64,000 bases of DNA, taken from assembly GCA_965218795.1 (NCBI GenBank), contig OZ244653.1, positions 384,001 through 448,000 of the forward strand, in the 5' to 3' direction. The notes below the pieces were generated by a model, which was not told the DNA's origin, ran no database searches, and saw only the letters and a program-made list of their open reading frames with translations. Below are positions 1 to 9,773 of the stretch, in pieces (positions within the stretch are counted from its first letter, which is position 1; each line of letters opens with the position of its first letter). A program made the translations under genes and the position numbers. The DNA is from a bacterium (lineage in GTDB: Bacteria; UBA8248; JACPRG01; G963555815).

Positions 1-61
1 GGATTTGAACCCGCGACCCTCGCCTTGGCAAGGCGATGCTCTACCTCTGAGCTATTCCCGC
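1..61 (-). tRNA. tRNA-Gly(GCC), 3' end cut by window edge
   Basis: Reverse complement GCGGGAATAGCTCAGAGGTAGAGCATCGCCTTGCCAAGGCGAGGGTCGCGGGTTCAAATCC: canonical D arm, anticodon loop TT-GCC-AA, T loop TTCAAAT. Confidence 0.95.
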
Positions 62-107
62 CCGGTTCAATCAGAGAAACGATCGGCCTCCTGCCGACTG
101 TTTTCAC

Positions 108-136
108 AAGGTAGTGTAACCACTTCACTCTGTCAA
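108..136 (-). promoter_or_regulatory. sigma70-type promoter for tRNA-Gly
   Basis: Minus strand TTGACA (136-131), 17-nt spacer, TACCTT (113-108), about 45 nt upstream of the tRNA. Confidence 0.6.
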
Positions 137-442
137 TAGCCGAGAGGATTTCAAAAAATATCTTCATGAATCCCCAACAGAAAGATAGAGCGGGACACCT
201 CCTAGCGTCCACGGTGAAACTCGGAAAAATCTGGATTTCAGAGAAGAAAGCCAAATAATGCGGAATTATACACTTGATCCAGCCGGCCACTACATGTGGG
301 AAACCGGCCCTCGAATCCCCCGACCACAAGATGTAGCGGTTGACAAGCCAGCCCTCCCCGGCCGAAACTGAAGCCTCCTTTTTCACAATCGAATGGGTCA
401 TGAAGAGCCTTCAGGGAAAGCTCTCTTTCGGGGCAGGAGTGC

Positions 443-643
443 ATGGCACTGGATGAGCTTCTCCATTACCTGGATTCGGAAGTATGGGGTAATGAAGTAT
501 GGGCCATTGGGGTTATCATCGTCTCAATCTGGTTGTTCAAAGTGGCCGTGAAAGGAGAATGCGAGAAAGGGGACAGGATCCTGTTATTCTTCGGCGCTCT
601 CACGATACTGGTTGGAGCCCTTTGGATATTTTCTTGGGATTGA
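443..643 (+). CDS. small membrane protein with two predicted TM helices
   Basis: 66 aa, AGGAG upstream of the ATG, two hydrophobic stretches. Confidence 0.5.
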   Translation: MALDELLHYLDSEVWGNEVWAIGVIIVSIWLFKVAVKGECEKGDRILLFFGALTILVGALWIFSWD

Positions 644-651
644 AAGTTTGA

Positions 652-730
652 TGGAGCCGGGGGCGGGATTTGAACCCGCGACTCACCGGTTAGCAGTCGG
701 CGCCCTTAAGCTAGGCTTGGGTACCCCGGC
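652..730 (-). tRNA. atypical tRNA / tRNA-like gene, anticodon GCT (Ser), short variable loop, U73, encoded CCA
   Basis: Folds as acceptor GCCGGGG/CCCCGGC-T-CCA, D stem CCC/GGG, anticodon stem GCCGA/CCGGT (one A-C mismatch), loop CT-GCT-AA, V loop GAGTC, T arm GCGGG-TTCAAAT-CCCGC. The D loop lacks GG. Confidence 0.75.
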
Positions 731-911
731 TCCGTCAATTATTTTGGACAAAACCTCAGAAAATCTTGACATTGGAACTGATTCAGATTAAGGTGGGATT
801 GGTTTTGACGATCTCACCCTGCCTAAATCATTTTGAGTATGACACCCGCCTGGAGTTCCTGCTCCGGGCGTTGGTGTTTTTGAGAAAGAACACCATATCC
901 AAGTGAAAATC

Positions 912-941
912 ATTATAATTCAACGACATGTTGTGGGTCAA
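912..941 (-). promoter_or_regulatory. sigma70-type promoter pointing at the tRNA-like gene
   Basis: Minus strand TTGACC (941-936), 18-nt spacer, TATAAT (917-912). Confidence 0.55.
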
Positions 942-1037
942 GGGATCTTGAGATTGGCTACTCGAGATGCGGAGGCAGGGATTGATATTCAGATTTTGGA
1001 TCTTTGATTTTGGATCTGGCAGGAAGCCCTCTACATC

Positions 1038-1295
1038 TTGTGGTCAGCCGGTCGGAGCTCGGGGTCTACATATAGTGGCTTACTGCGTCAAGGGTATAAT
1101 AGCCGTTCTTTGACTGTATCGACGGCTGTCCCTGTGGTATCGACAATCCAGGAAGTAGAGAAGGTTCACATCCAGCGGGTCCTCAGCCATACCGAGTGGC
1201 AGATTTCCAAGGCCGCCAGGATACTGGGCATCGATCGAAGGACGCTCTATCGAAAAATGGATAGCTACGAGATTCCCAATCTCAAGTCACGCTAG
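1038..1295 (+). pseudogene. C-terminal Fis-type HTH remnant of a sigma54-dependent (NtrC-family) regulator
   Basis: TIQEVEKVHIQRVLSHTEWQISKAARILGIDRRTLYRKM is a typical HTH_8 tail; no AAA+ or receiver domain upstream. Confidence 0.7.
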
Positions 1296-1614
1296 AGAGA
1301 TCGTTCAGATTCCGAGCCATTACAGGACATCATCGCTCTTCATTTCCATCCAACAACCTCTGCAAAAATGTCACATATTTACAAAATCGCCACAGTTTTC
1401 CTGCATAGATTGGCTAACCCACCACATCGTTTACGAGCCTGAATTAGAAGACCATAAAAGATACATCAAATTAACTGATTGAATTTAAAATGGTTATTTA
1501 ATTTTCGTCTGAGGTCTTTCCAACCTTTTCCCGAATTTTCGGCCCGAACCGAACAGGCACCTTTCTTACAATTCCATTTGGGTGAGTCGCCCAAGAGGTT
1601 TGCGTTCAGAGGGG

Positions 1615-2371
1615 GTGAGAAGAATAATTGACTGCGAAAACTGTGCATACCTATCCGGAAGCCCGCTCAGCATCTTATCGCGCTCACAATTGGAACAAGC
1701 CACCAGGAGCTTCCGCACGCGACAGGCTGAGGGGGGGAAGTCGTCTTCCTGCAAGATGAGTCGGTGGAGGATTTCTACTTTCTGTGTTCCGGCACGGTCA
1801 AGCTTCTTCGGGAGTCTTCCGAGGGTAAACAGACCATCGTCGACATCCTCGGGCCTTGCGATTGGTTCGGGGAGTTTTCGTTTGCCGAGGGCGCCACCCA
1901 CTCGGTGACCGCCGAGGTCGTCGCCTCCGCCAAAATCAATGCCGTCAGTCAGAGGGAATTAGCGGCGGTCCTGCGGGATGAGCCCAATCTTCTCTTCGAA
2001 ATGGTCGGGCGCCTCAACATCTCCTTGCGTGAGTCCCGCGCTCGGAATGCCGAATTCGCGCACCTCCCCGTACGGCTCAGGGCGTTGCATCTGCTGACCT
2101 CCCTGTTCGACCGGCACGGGAAGCATGTCAACGGACATTGGGAGCTTGGCGTTCCGCTGGCAAGGACGGAATCGCCGACATGCTCGGAACGACGCCAGAG
2201 ACCGCCATCCGTACCCTTGGAAGACTTCAGCGCGAGGGCCTCATCCAGTTGGGACGGCGAAGTATCGCCGTGGTCGATATGGTAGCGCTCAAGGAGCTCT
2301 CCGAACAGGAGAGTCTCGGCATTTTCGATGGTAAGGATAGTGTCCGGAATGAGGGGGTGAACGGGGAATGA
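1615..2371 (+). pseudogene. Crp/Fnr-family regulator with two frameshifts
   Basis: Three frames join: MRRIIDCENC... (shift at G7 run 1731-1737), cNMP domain FYFLCSGTVKL...GDWFGE-like (shift near 2170), HTH IADMLGTTPETAIRTLGRLQREGLI. Confidence 0.8.
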
Positions 2372-2919
2372 CCAAGAGGGTTCTTGTAGCGGCGGACGGT
2401 TCGGAAGAAGGGAGACGGGCGCTGATTTTCGCCCGGGATTACGCCGAACAGACTTCTTCGGAAATTGTCGCCGTGACCGTGGTGGACAACAAAAAGATTC
2501 TGACGCCCACGGATTTCTCCGCATACATCGGACGAAGGCCGTCGGTATGTGGACTTTTTGGCTGAGAATTACGGCTCCCAAGTGCTGGTTCTTCACATCC
2601 TGACAAAGCAGGAGATGGAAACGAAGGGAAAACGGCCTCCCCCGTCGGGCTATGTGGATGAGATCTTCAAGGAGGCCGAAAAGGAGTCTCTGGACCACTA
2701 CCGTAAAACGGTGGGCGGAGGACGAAACGGTTCGAAGGTCAAAACGGCCGCGGCAGCGAGCGTCCCGTTCATGGAGATCATCCGCAAGGCCCGCGGGAGG
2801 AGGACTGCGCTCTGATCGTCATGAGCGCTCACGGACGGACGTGGCTGAACCATGTGATGGGCGGCGGCGTGGCGGAGAAAGTCGTGCGGATGGCCGCTTG
2901 TCCGATTTTCGTGAGCTAA
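2368..2919 (+). pseudogene. universal stress protein, frameshifted and internally deleted
   Basis: Two USP N-terminal motifs fused (RVLVAADGS; KKILTPTDFS); the C-terminal LIVMSAHGR...GGVAEKVVRMAACPIFVS is reached only through frame changes. Confidence 0.75.
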
Positions 2920-2930
2920 GGAGAAGCGAA

Positions 2931-3353
2931 ATGTACAAGAAAATTCTCGTAACTCTCGACGGTTCGCAGACGGCGGAACAGATTCTGCCGCACATCCAGG
3001 CATTGTCCAACGGCGGCGGCGAGGTGCACCTGCTGCGGGTTGCGATGGCGCACACGCTACCGGTCGTGGACCTGACCGAGGCCCAGGTGGAGGTCGTCAA
3101 AGAAGCCGAGGAATACCTCAAGGGGGTGGAAGACGGCCTGAAACAAAAAGGGGTCAAGGTGGAGTCCCACATCCGTTACGGTCACCCGGCCGAGGAGATT
3201 CTGGACCATACCGAGCATCGAGATTTCGGTCTCATTGCCATGACGACTCACGGACGCTCGGGTGTCGGCCGGTGGCTGATGGGTAGTATGGCGGAAAAGG
3301 TTGTGCGCAGCTGCCCGATCCCGGTCTTGGTCGTTCGGTCCAGCAAGAATTGA
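2931..3353 (+). CDS. universal stress protein (UspA family)
   Basis: MYKKILVTLDGS...AMTTHGRSGVGRWLMGSMAEKVVRSCPIPVLVV; AAGGAG RBS. Confidence 0.9.
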   Translation: MYKKILVTLDGSQTAEQILPHIQALSNGGGEVHLLRVAMAHTLPVVDLTEAQVEVVKEAEEYLKGVEDGLKQKGVKVESHIRYGHPAEEILDHTEHRDFGLIAMTTHGRSGVGRWLMGSMAEKVVRSCPIPVLVVRSSKN

Positions 3354-3848
3354 CGAGTGGATTCCGGACCCCAGTCCGGGCGGGCCCCTGTTGTAGCGGA
3401 ATCATGAGGTGCAATAGACGGGGGATTGGGGCCGAAAGTTGTTGAGTCCCTCCAGGAATTCGGGCCGGCGGGCGATTCGATCAATTGGATCGCCCGTGTG
3501 GGACCGTTGTCGTTGGCTGTTGGCTGTTGGCTGGATGGGGGATCCCCTGGGAAGTCGATCCGCTGATTGGGAGACGGCGTCGAGAAGAACAGCGCCCGAC
3601 GGATGAAGAGAACCAGTATCGTGAAATGAAGCCGGGAAAGGAGATCATCTGTTCCGAATCTCCTCCCGGCTTCGGCGCGTTTGGGTTTCGAACCAAGGGA
3701 TCCTGCTCAGAAAAGGGTTTCAATGAAAATTCTGGCCGATAACCAACGTTTTCTCCGGACAGTTTCAATTTTGCAGTAAAGTTGTTACGAGTGTATGCGT
3801 TGTTCGAGGTTACGGGCGATACCATCATTCCGAGGGGACAGTTAGGGA

Positions 3849-4256
3849 ATGACCTTTGGGAGCCGGGCACCTCAACGTCGGCCGGTACACGCAGATACAC
3901 TCCATGAATCGGTCCATATAGGACTCGATCCCAGGATGATTGCTCCCCGATCAACTCTCGTTTTCCTGATTTGCGGGGCATTTTTGATGGGACCTGTTTT
4001 GGTGTACACCCAATGGATTTCCAGGCTGTCCATCGCGGATGCTGTAAAGGACGAACTCCGTCAGGTAGCGATTGCCCTCGGGAGCGAGGTATGCCTCTTT
4101 CTGAAGAAAGAAATCGAGAAGGTTCCGATTTTGTGGGAGTCGTTAGGATTCGGGCCTTCTCCAAGGAGAAGGCCTACGGTTACGGAGCGCGGAAACCCAC
4201 AGAAATCATTGAACTCCTCAAGCGCGAAACGAACAGGACCCCCGAATGACCGATAA
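3849..4256 (+). pseudogene. possible N-terminal fragment of a membrane sensor (TM plus start of periplasmic domain)
   Basis: Hydrophobic helix LVFLICGAFLMGPVLVY followed by an amphipathic helix, then degenerates; weak. Confidence 0.25.
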
Positions 4257-4402
4257 TTCGCCTTTCGTTCTACAGATACAGACAGCCGATTCGGTTAGAA
4301 ACTCGAGTGCCGTGCCCTAAATAGCTCCGTACAGAGAGTGCGATCATATACCCGTAAACCCGGTCTCCAGAATCGGGATATTCCGACAAGGCTTTGTTCG
4401 CC

Positions 4403-5848
4403 ATGAAAATTCTCATCCTCGCCTCTGAAATGGCCCCTTTCGCCAAGACCGGTGGTTTGGGAGACGCGGTCGGGGGCCTGGCGCGGAGTCTGGCCGGGTT
4501 CGGCGAGGAGGTTCGAGTTGTCCTCCCGCTCTACACTCCGGTTCGAGAGGGGATACCCGAGCCCACCGTCTTGACGGAATCCTACCGGCTTCCCTTCTCC
4601 AAAAGACAGGATACGGTGGGGATTGGGGAATGGATTTCACCGGAGGGCCTGAGCGTCCATTTGATTCTGAACGATCGCCATTTTGGCCGAGAAGGTCTCT
4701 ATGGAACCGCCGACGGTGATTATCCCGACAACGCCGAGCGCTTTTCGGGCTTTACCGTGGCGGGACTGGAAGTCTGCAAGTTCTTGGATTGGAGCCCGGA
4801 TATTGTTCACGTGCATGACTGGCAGACCGCTTTGGCCCCCGCCTATCTGAGAAGCCGATACGCGAACGATCCAATCCTGGGCAAGGCGAAGTCGGTGTTA
4901 ACCATTCACAACCTGGCCTACCAGGGGCGGTTTCCCAAAAAGGCATACGGTCTGTTGGAGCTCCCGGAGGATGATGACTCCATCGATCAGATGGAGTTCT
5001 TCGGGGATGTGAGCTTTCTCAAAGGAGGGATCGTTTTTGCGGATCTCATAACGACCGTCAGCGAACGATACGCCGCCGAAATTCAAACGGAAGAGTACGG
5101 GTGCGGTCTCGACGGACTTCTTCGCCACATGGGCGGGAAGCTGAAAGGAATCCTGAACGGGGCCGATTACCAGGAGTGGGATCCGCGCTGGGATCCCTAT
5201 TTGCCGTATCGTTACGACAGCGACCATTTGGACAACAAGAGGAAGGCGCGGGCCTTCCTGGTGGACGAATGCGGTTTCTCCGAAACATCGGCTCCCATCA
5301 TCGGAATGGTCACTCGCCTGTCAGAGCAAAAAGGGATCGACCTGATCGCCCGATCGATCGACCGGCTCATGGCGATGAACCTTTCCCTGGTGGTCTTGGG
5401 GGCTGGTGATCGGCGATATGAAGAAATGCTTCAGGGGGTGGCGCGGCGCTTTCCGGGAAGAGTGTCCGTCTTTACCTGGTTCGACAACACCCTCGCCCAC
5501 CGGATCGAGGCAGGGGCCGATATGTTCCTCATGCCCTCGCGGTATGAACCCTGCGGCCTCAGCCAGATATACAGTCTGCGCTATGGGACCGTGCCCATCG
5601 TACGCGCAACGGGAGGGCTGGATGATACGATCCAGCCGTTTGATGCGACGACGGAACAGGGCAACGGGTTCAAGTTCAAGGAATATGCGCCCGAGTCCAT
5701 GTTGGCGGCCGTTCGTCAGGCTTTGGGCGTCTTTGCTCAGCAGCCCGTATGGGAACGCCTGATGAAGAACGGCATGTCAGCCTCTTTCAGGTGGGAGTTC
5801 TCCACCCGGAAATACCTGGACCTGTATCGCGAGCTTTGCCCCGGTTGA
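4403..5848 (+). CDS. glgA: glycogen synthase
   Basis: KTGGLGD motif, HDWQ, TIHNLAYQG, PSRYEPCGL. Confidence 0.95.
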   Translation: MKILILASEMAPFAKTGGLGDAVGGLARSLAGFGEEVRVVLPLYTPVREGIPEPTVLTESYRLPFSKRQDTVGIGEWISPEGLSVHLILNDRHFGREGLYGTADGDYPDNAERFSGFTVAGLEVCKFLDWSPDIVHVHDWQTALAPAYLRSRYANDPILGKAKSVLTIHNLAYQGRFPKKAYGLLELPEDDDSIDQMEFFGDVSFLKGGIVFADLITTVSERYAAEIQTEEYGCGLDGLLRHMGGKLKGILNGADYQEWDPRWDPYLPYRYDSDHLDNKRKARAFLVDECGFSETSAPIIGMVTRLSEQKGIDLIARSIDRLMAMNLSLVVLGAGDRRYEEMLQGVARRFPGRVSVFTWFDNTLAHRIEAGADMFLMPSRYEPCGLSQIYSLRYGTVPIVRATGGLDDTIQPFDATTEQGNGFKFKEYAPESMLAAVRQALGVFAQQPVWERLMKNGMSASFRWEFSTRKYLDLYRELCPG

Positions 5849-5875
5849 CGGGGGGATGGGAGGACAACCTGCGTC

Positions 5876-6913
5876 GTGTCGGAATTTCGACTCAATCCGG
5901 CGACGAACGAATGGGTGATCATCGCGGCCGACCGCGCCAAACGGCCCGATGCCTACCACCGGCATGATTCGGAGAAGATGGATTTTCCGGAATGGGAGGA
6001 AGACTGCCCGTTCTGTTTTTGCAATGAGCACATGACGCCCCACGAGATCTATCGGGACCCCCCCACTCCCGATACTTCCGGTGAATCCCGCCCCTGGCAA
6101 GTGCGAATCGTCCCGAACCTGTATCCTGCCTTGGATGCTTCCGGGCTTTCAGATGCCCGCGAAGGAGGCGACTGCTTTCATCGCCTGGAGGGTGTTGGGC
6201 TCCACGATGTCGTCATCGAGCATCCCGATCATAACCGTTTCACCCCCTTGATGAACGCCGATGAGATCGAGCGGGTGTTGTGCGCGTTTCGGTGGCGATT
6301 TGAACAAATTCGTGAAGACCCCCGGATCCGGCTGATCACGATATTCAAAAACCACGGCTGGTCCGCGGGGACGTCCCTGGTCCATCCCCATTCTCAAATC
6401 ATTGCCACCCCTTTGGTGCCGTTCACCGTCAGTTCCCGGCTGGATGCGGCGGTCCGTTACTTCGAACAGTGCGGACGGAGCGTCTACCGGGACATGCTGG
6501 AGGCGGAGTTGGAAGACGGTAGGCGGATTGTTTCCGAATCCGATCGCTTCGCCGCCTATTGTCCGTATGCGTCGAGATTCCCCTTCGAGGTGTGGATCCA
6601 GGCGAAAAGGGAGTGCCCGTCTTTTGGGGCCGTCACGCCGGATGATGTGAGGGATTTGTCAGCGGTCCTGGGCGACGTCCTGGGAGCACTCTATGAGGGC
6701 CTGGGAAACCCTTCGTTCAACTATGTGATCCGGACGGCGCCCATTGCCGATCAAGACAAGCCATACTCCGCGTGGCACGTCGAGGTTATCCCTCGCATCA
6801 CAACGACGGCGGGGTTTGAAATGGGCTCGGGAATCACGATTAATGTGACCGTGCCGGAGGAAAACGCCGCCTTTCTCCGCAGAGTCATGGAAGACCGGAT
6901 CTCGAGAGAGTGA
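5876..6913 (+). CDS. galT: galactose-1-phosphate uridylyltransferase family (GalT-like nucleotidyltransferase)
   Basis: CPFC zinc motif, HPHSQ catalytic motif, AGFEMGSG. Confidence 0.85.
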   Translation: MSEFRLNPATNEWVIIAADRAKRPDAYHRHDSEKMDFPEWEEDCPFCFCNEHMTPHEIYRDPPTPDTSGESRPWQVRIVPNLYPALDASGLSDAREGGDCFHRLEGVGLHDVVIEHPDHNRFTPLMNADEIERVLCAFRWRFEQIREDPRIRLITIFKNHGWSAGTSLVHPHSQIIATPLVPFTVSSRLDAAVRYFEQCGRSVYRDMLEAELEDGRRIVSESDRFAAYCPYASRFPFEVWIQAKRECPSFGAVTPDDVRDLSAVLGDVLGALYEGLGNPSFNYVIRTAPIADQDKPYSAWHVEVIPRITTTAGFEMGSGITINVTVPEENAAFLRRVMEDRISRE

Positions 6914-6972
6914 GCGCGGAAGGCGTCCTTCCTCGCGCGGATTGAGGGCTCCCCCCGCGCTCCGCTGATCCG

Positions 6973-7407
6973 TCAGTCCTGTCGGGCCTTCTCAAGCATC
7001 CTTTGTGTTGCTTCTTCAAAAGAAGCGGGCACCATGAATTCCACGCCATTACCGTCCGGGTCCTGAAAGAACAGCTGCCGCATTCCCAGGGTGGCGTTCG
7101 GGTTTTCACAATAGGGCAGGCCCGCGTCGTCCAACCGCTGCCGAATCTCGGAAAAATCCTCGATGCCGATGGCCACGTGTCGGTTCCAGGCCATGCCCGA
7201 GAGATCCTGGTATTGATACACCGAGACGTATTCTTTGGGGAGGAGATGGATCTGCGTGGGGCCGACCTGATACCAGATCAGGGGCTTGCCGAAATCGGGC
7301 ATGTCCCGCTTTTCTTGCAGGCCGAGGATCCCGCCGTAGAATCTCCGAGAGCGCTCCAGGTCGGTGACGAGAATCGTGACGTGGTGCACGCCGAGCGGTT
7401 CGGGCAT
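6973..7407 (-). CDS. VOC/glyoxalase family protein
   Basis: HHVTILVTDLERSRRFYGGILGL...HVAI...FFQDPDGNGVEF; true start MPEPLG with GAAGGAG RBS. Confidence 0.85.
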   Translation of the reverse strand: MPEPLGVHHVTILVTDLERSRRFYGGILGLQEKRDMPDFGKPLIWYQVGPTQIHLLPKEYVSVYQYQDLSGMAWNRHVAIGIEDFSEIRQRLDDAGLPYCENPNATLGMRQLFFQDPDGNGVEFMVPASFEEATQRMLEKARQD

Positions 7408-7505
7408 GGCTTGGCTCCTTCTGCAATGGGCCGAATTTCGACGGCTCCAATTTTCAAAACCGATAAGGTGAGGCGCGTCCGCCGTCCGGAGCAGGCCCCG
7501 CGGCC

Positions 7506-8084
7506 TTATGATCTGAGTTTCGGCTCGGACCCTGCCAGCAGTCGCTTCAAATTGTCCCGATGACGGATGATGACAAGCGCGGCGACAATGGCCCCCGCCG
7601 TTGTCATCTGTGGACTCGCGCCCGCGCCATACAGAGAAAAAGGCATGACGGCCACGCCGAGGATCGAGCCGACCGAAATGCGCCGGCTCAGCTTCACGGC
7701 CGCGGCGAAAACGACCAGAGAGATAGCGGTCGCTAATGGAGCGGCAACGAGAAAGGCCCCCGCGGCCGTCGCGACGCCCTTGCCCCCGCGAAAGCAAAGC
7801 CACGGCGAGTACACGTGCCCCAGCACGGCGGCCAGGCACACCGTCGCCACCCACCCCTGAGGAATGCCCATCCACTTCGCCAGCGCGACGGCCAGCACGC
7901 CTTTGCCGAGGTCGCAGGCCAGCGTCAACGCGCCGGCGCGCCGGCCAACCGTCCGCCCGACGTTGGTCGCGCCGATATTGCCGCTGCCCGATCTCCGGAC
8001 ATCGACTCCGCTGGTTCGGGCGAACAGAATTCCGAAAGGGATGGAACCGATCAGGAATGCCAAAATGACGGGAACGGCGTTCAA
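7506..8084 (-). CDS. plsY: glycerol-3-phosphate acyltransferase PlsY
   Basis: GSGNIGATNV, FRGGKGVAT, RHRDNLKRL. Confidence 0.95.
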   Translation of the reverse strand: MNAVPVILAFLIGSIPFGILFARTSGVDVRRSGSGNIGATNVGRTVGRRAGALTLACDLGKGVLAVALAKWMGIPQGWVATVCLAAVLGHVYSPWLCFRGGKGVATAAGAFLVAAPLATAISLVVFAAAVKLSRRISVGSILGVAVMPFSLYGAGASPQMTTAGAIVAALVIIRHRDNLKRLLAGSEPKLRS

Positions 8085-8097
8085 GCCTCGGGTCCCC

Positions 8098-8721
8098 TCA
8101 AGGCTGGAAGACCTGTCGCCAGAACTGGCGAACGTAGCTCACGCCGGACGTGAGGCTCAAAATCAGGGCCGCCCAAAGCGCGATCATGCCGAGTCGATGG
8201 AAATCGAATATCCACCAATCGAAATCCAGGATCAAGAGGATTAAAGCGAGCATCTGGAAAGCCGTCTTGTACTTTCCCGTGCCGCTCGACTCGATAGGCA
8301 TGTCCCTGTTTTCACCGACCCAACGGAGTCCCGTGACGGCCACTTCGCGTCCAATCAGCAAGACGGCAATCCAGGCGGGCACAGAACCGTATGTGGTCAA
8401 AGGAATCAGGGCGGCGACGAGAATCAGCTTGTCGGCGATGGGATCCAGAAGGCGTCCCAAGTTGCTCTCCACCGTCCAGCGTCTCGCCAAGTATCCGTCC
8501 AGCCAGTCCGTGAGCGAGCCCAAGGCGACCACCAAGGCCGCAAGTGGGGCGTTGTAGAGCCCTTCCGTCAACAGGAGCGTAATGATGATCGGCGCCAGCA
8601 GCAGACGCAACATTGTCAGCTTGTTGGGGTGAAAAAGGGCGTGGACGGGCTTTGTATCGCTGCGAGGTCCGATGGTTCGGGATGCGGGCTCGGGTTTCTG
8701 GATTTGCGTGGACTGGGACAT
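8098..8721 (-). CDS. pgsA: CDP-diacylglycerol--glycerol-3-phosphate 3-phosphatidyltransferase
   Basis: PNKLT, DWLDGYLAR...GRLLDPIADK. Confidence 0.92.
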   Translation of the reverse strand: MSQSTQIQKPEPASRTIGPRSDTKPVHALFHPNKLTMLRLLLAPIIITLLLTEGLYNAPLAALVVALGSLTDWLDGYLARRWTVESNLGRLLDPIADKLILVAALIPLTTYGSVPAWIAVLLIGREVAVTGLRWVGENRDMPIESSGTGKYKTAFQMLALILLILDFDWWIFDFHRLGMIALWAALILSLTSGVSYVRQFWRQVFQP

Positions 8722-8739
8722 GGTGACTGATATCCCGGG

Positions 8740-9678
8740 TCAGTTCAGGTAATCGTGCAGTGCCTTCATTTGAGCGCGGGCCCTGAGTCTCCGCTTGGCC
8801 TTGGTCTCGATCTGCCGAATTCGTTCCCGTGAGAGACCGATCTTCTTACCGATTTCCTCGAGGGTCATCGGGTCTCCATTGAAGCCGAACCGCATCTTCA
8901 GGATTTCCTGTTCCCTCGGAGAAAGTTCCTGAAGGAGGGCGTTGACCTCACTCGCCAGTGAACTTCGGACCAAACCCTCTTCTATGGAAGGCATGTCTTT
9001 GGATTCGAGCATGTCCAGGTAGCGGGTATCGTCCCCCTCCGTGATCGGCGCGTCGAGGGACAGATGATTGCGGTACACCCTTAGGATGTTATCGATCTCC
9101 TCCACGGTCTGGTCCAGTTCCTTGGCAAGTTCGTCCGTCGTGGGCTCTCGTTCTTTTGCCTGCCTGAATTCTTGATACTTCTCGCCGATTTTGTAGAGCT
9201 TGCCGGCCTGCTTCATAGGAAGGCGGACTGTTCCCGACTGTACGGCCAGAGCGTGCATAATCGATTGGCGGATCCACCACACCGCATAGGTAATGAACTT
9301 GACCCCTTTGTCCGGATCGAACCGCTTCGCCGCCTGGATGAGACCGATGTTTCCTTCATTGATGAGGTCCAAGACGGAGAGCCCGCAACCTTTGTACTTA
9401 TTCGCCACGCTCACGACGTACTTGAGGTTGCCTTGGATCAGTTGGTCCATTGCTTCGCGGCTGCCTTTGATCATGTCGCGGGCGAGGCGCTGTTCCTCAT
9501 CGCGAGTCGGAACCGGGATGCCCCGGATTTCCTTCAGGTAGGAGGAAAGGGAATCCGCTGTAACCGGACCGATGTTGGATGCGCCGGAGGGTGGATTTTC
9601 GTCCTGATCTGGGCCAGGCTTCTCTTCCCGAGCGGGGTCGGAATCGGGGGGAGTAAACTCTTCGGGTTCTTCGGACAT
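8740..9678 (-). CDS. RNA polymerase sigma factor, RpoD/RpoS-like (lacks region 1.1)
   Basis: DLINEGNIGLIQAAKRFDPDKGVKFITYAVWWIRQ; region 4 TLEEIG...SRERIRQIE. Confidence 0.92.
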   Translation of the reverse strand: MSEEPEEFTPPDSDPAREEKPGPDQDENPPSGASNIGPVTADSLSSYLKEIRGIPVPTRDEEQRLARDMIKGSREAMDQLIQGNLKYVVSVANKYKGCGLSVLDLINEGNIGLIQAAKRFDPDKGVKFITYAVWWIRQSIMHALAVQSGTVRLPMKQAGKLYKIGEKYQEFRQAKEREPTTDELAKELDQTVEEIDNILRVYRNHLSLDAPITEGDDTRYLDMLESKDMPSIEEGLVRSSLASEVNALLQELSPREQEILKMRFGFNGDPMTLEEIGKKIGLSRERIRQIETKAKRRLRARAQMKALHDYLN

Positions 9679-9773
9679 GTCTGTTGACTCAGGTGCTGGG
9701 GCCGGTCGGCATCAAGCCTCCTCGCGCCCCGTGAGGGTACATGATAGCACGGTTCTTTCAGACCTCCAAATGG

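Noticed and set aside
1-682. 17-nt repeat GGATTTGAACCCGCGAC (1-17 and 666-682) as attL/attR
   Set aside because: It is the conserved T-arm sequence of two tRNA genes, and no integrase is visible.
652-730. tRNA-Sec (selC) or allo-tRNA
   Set aside because: Anticodon is GCT rather than TCA, the fold is 7/5, and there is no long variable arm.
992-1017. 12-nt direct repeat GATTTTGGATCT x2
   Set aside because: Only two copies with a 2-nt gap; not a CRISPR array and no supportable function.
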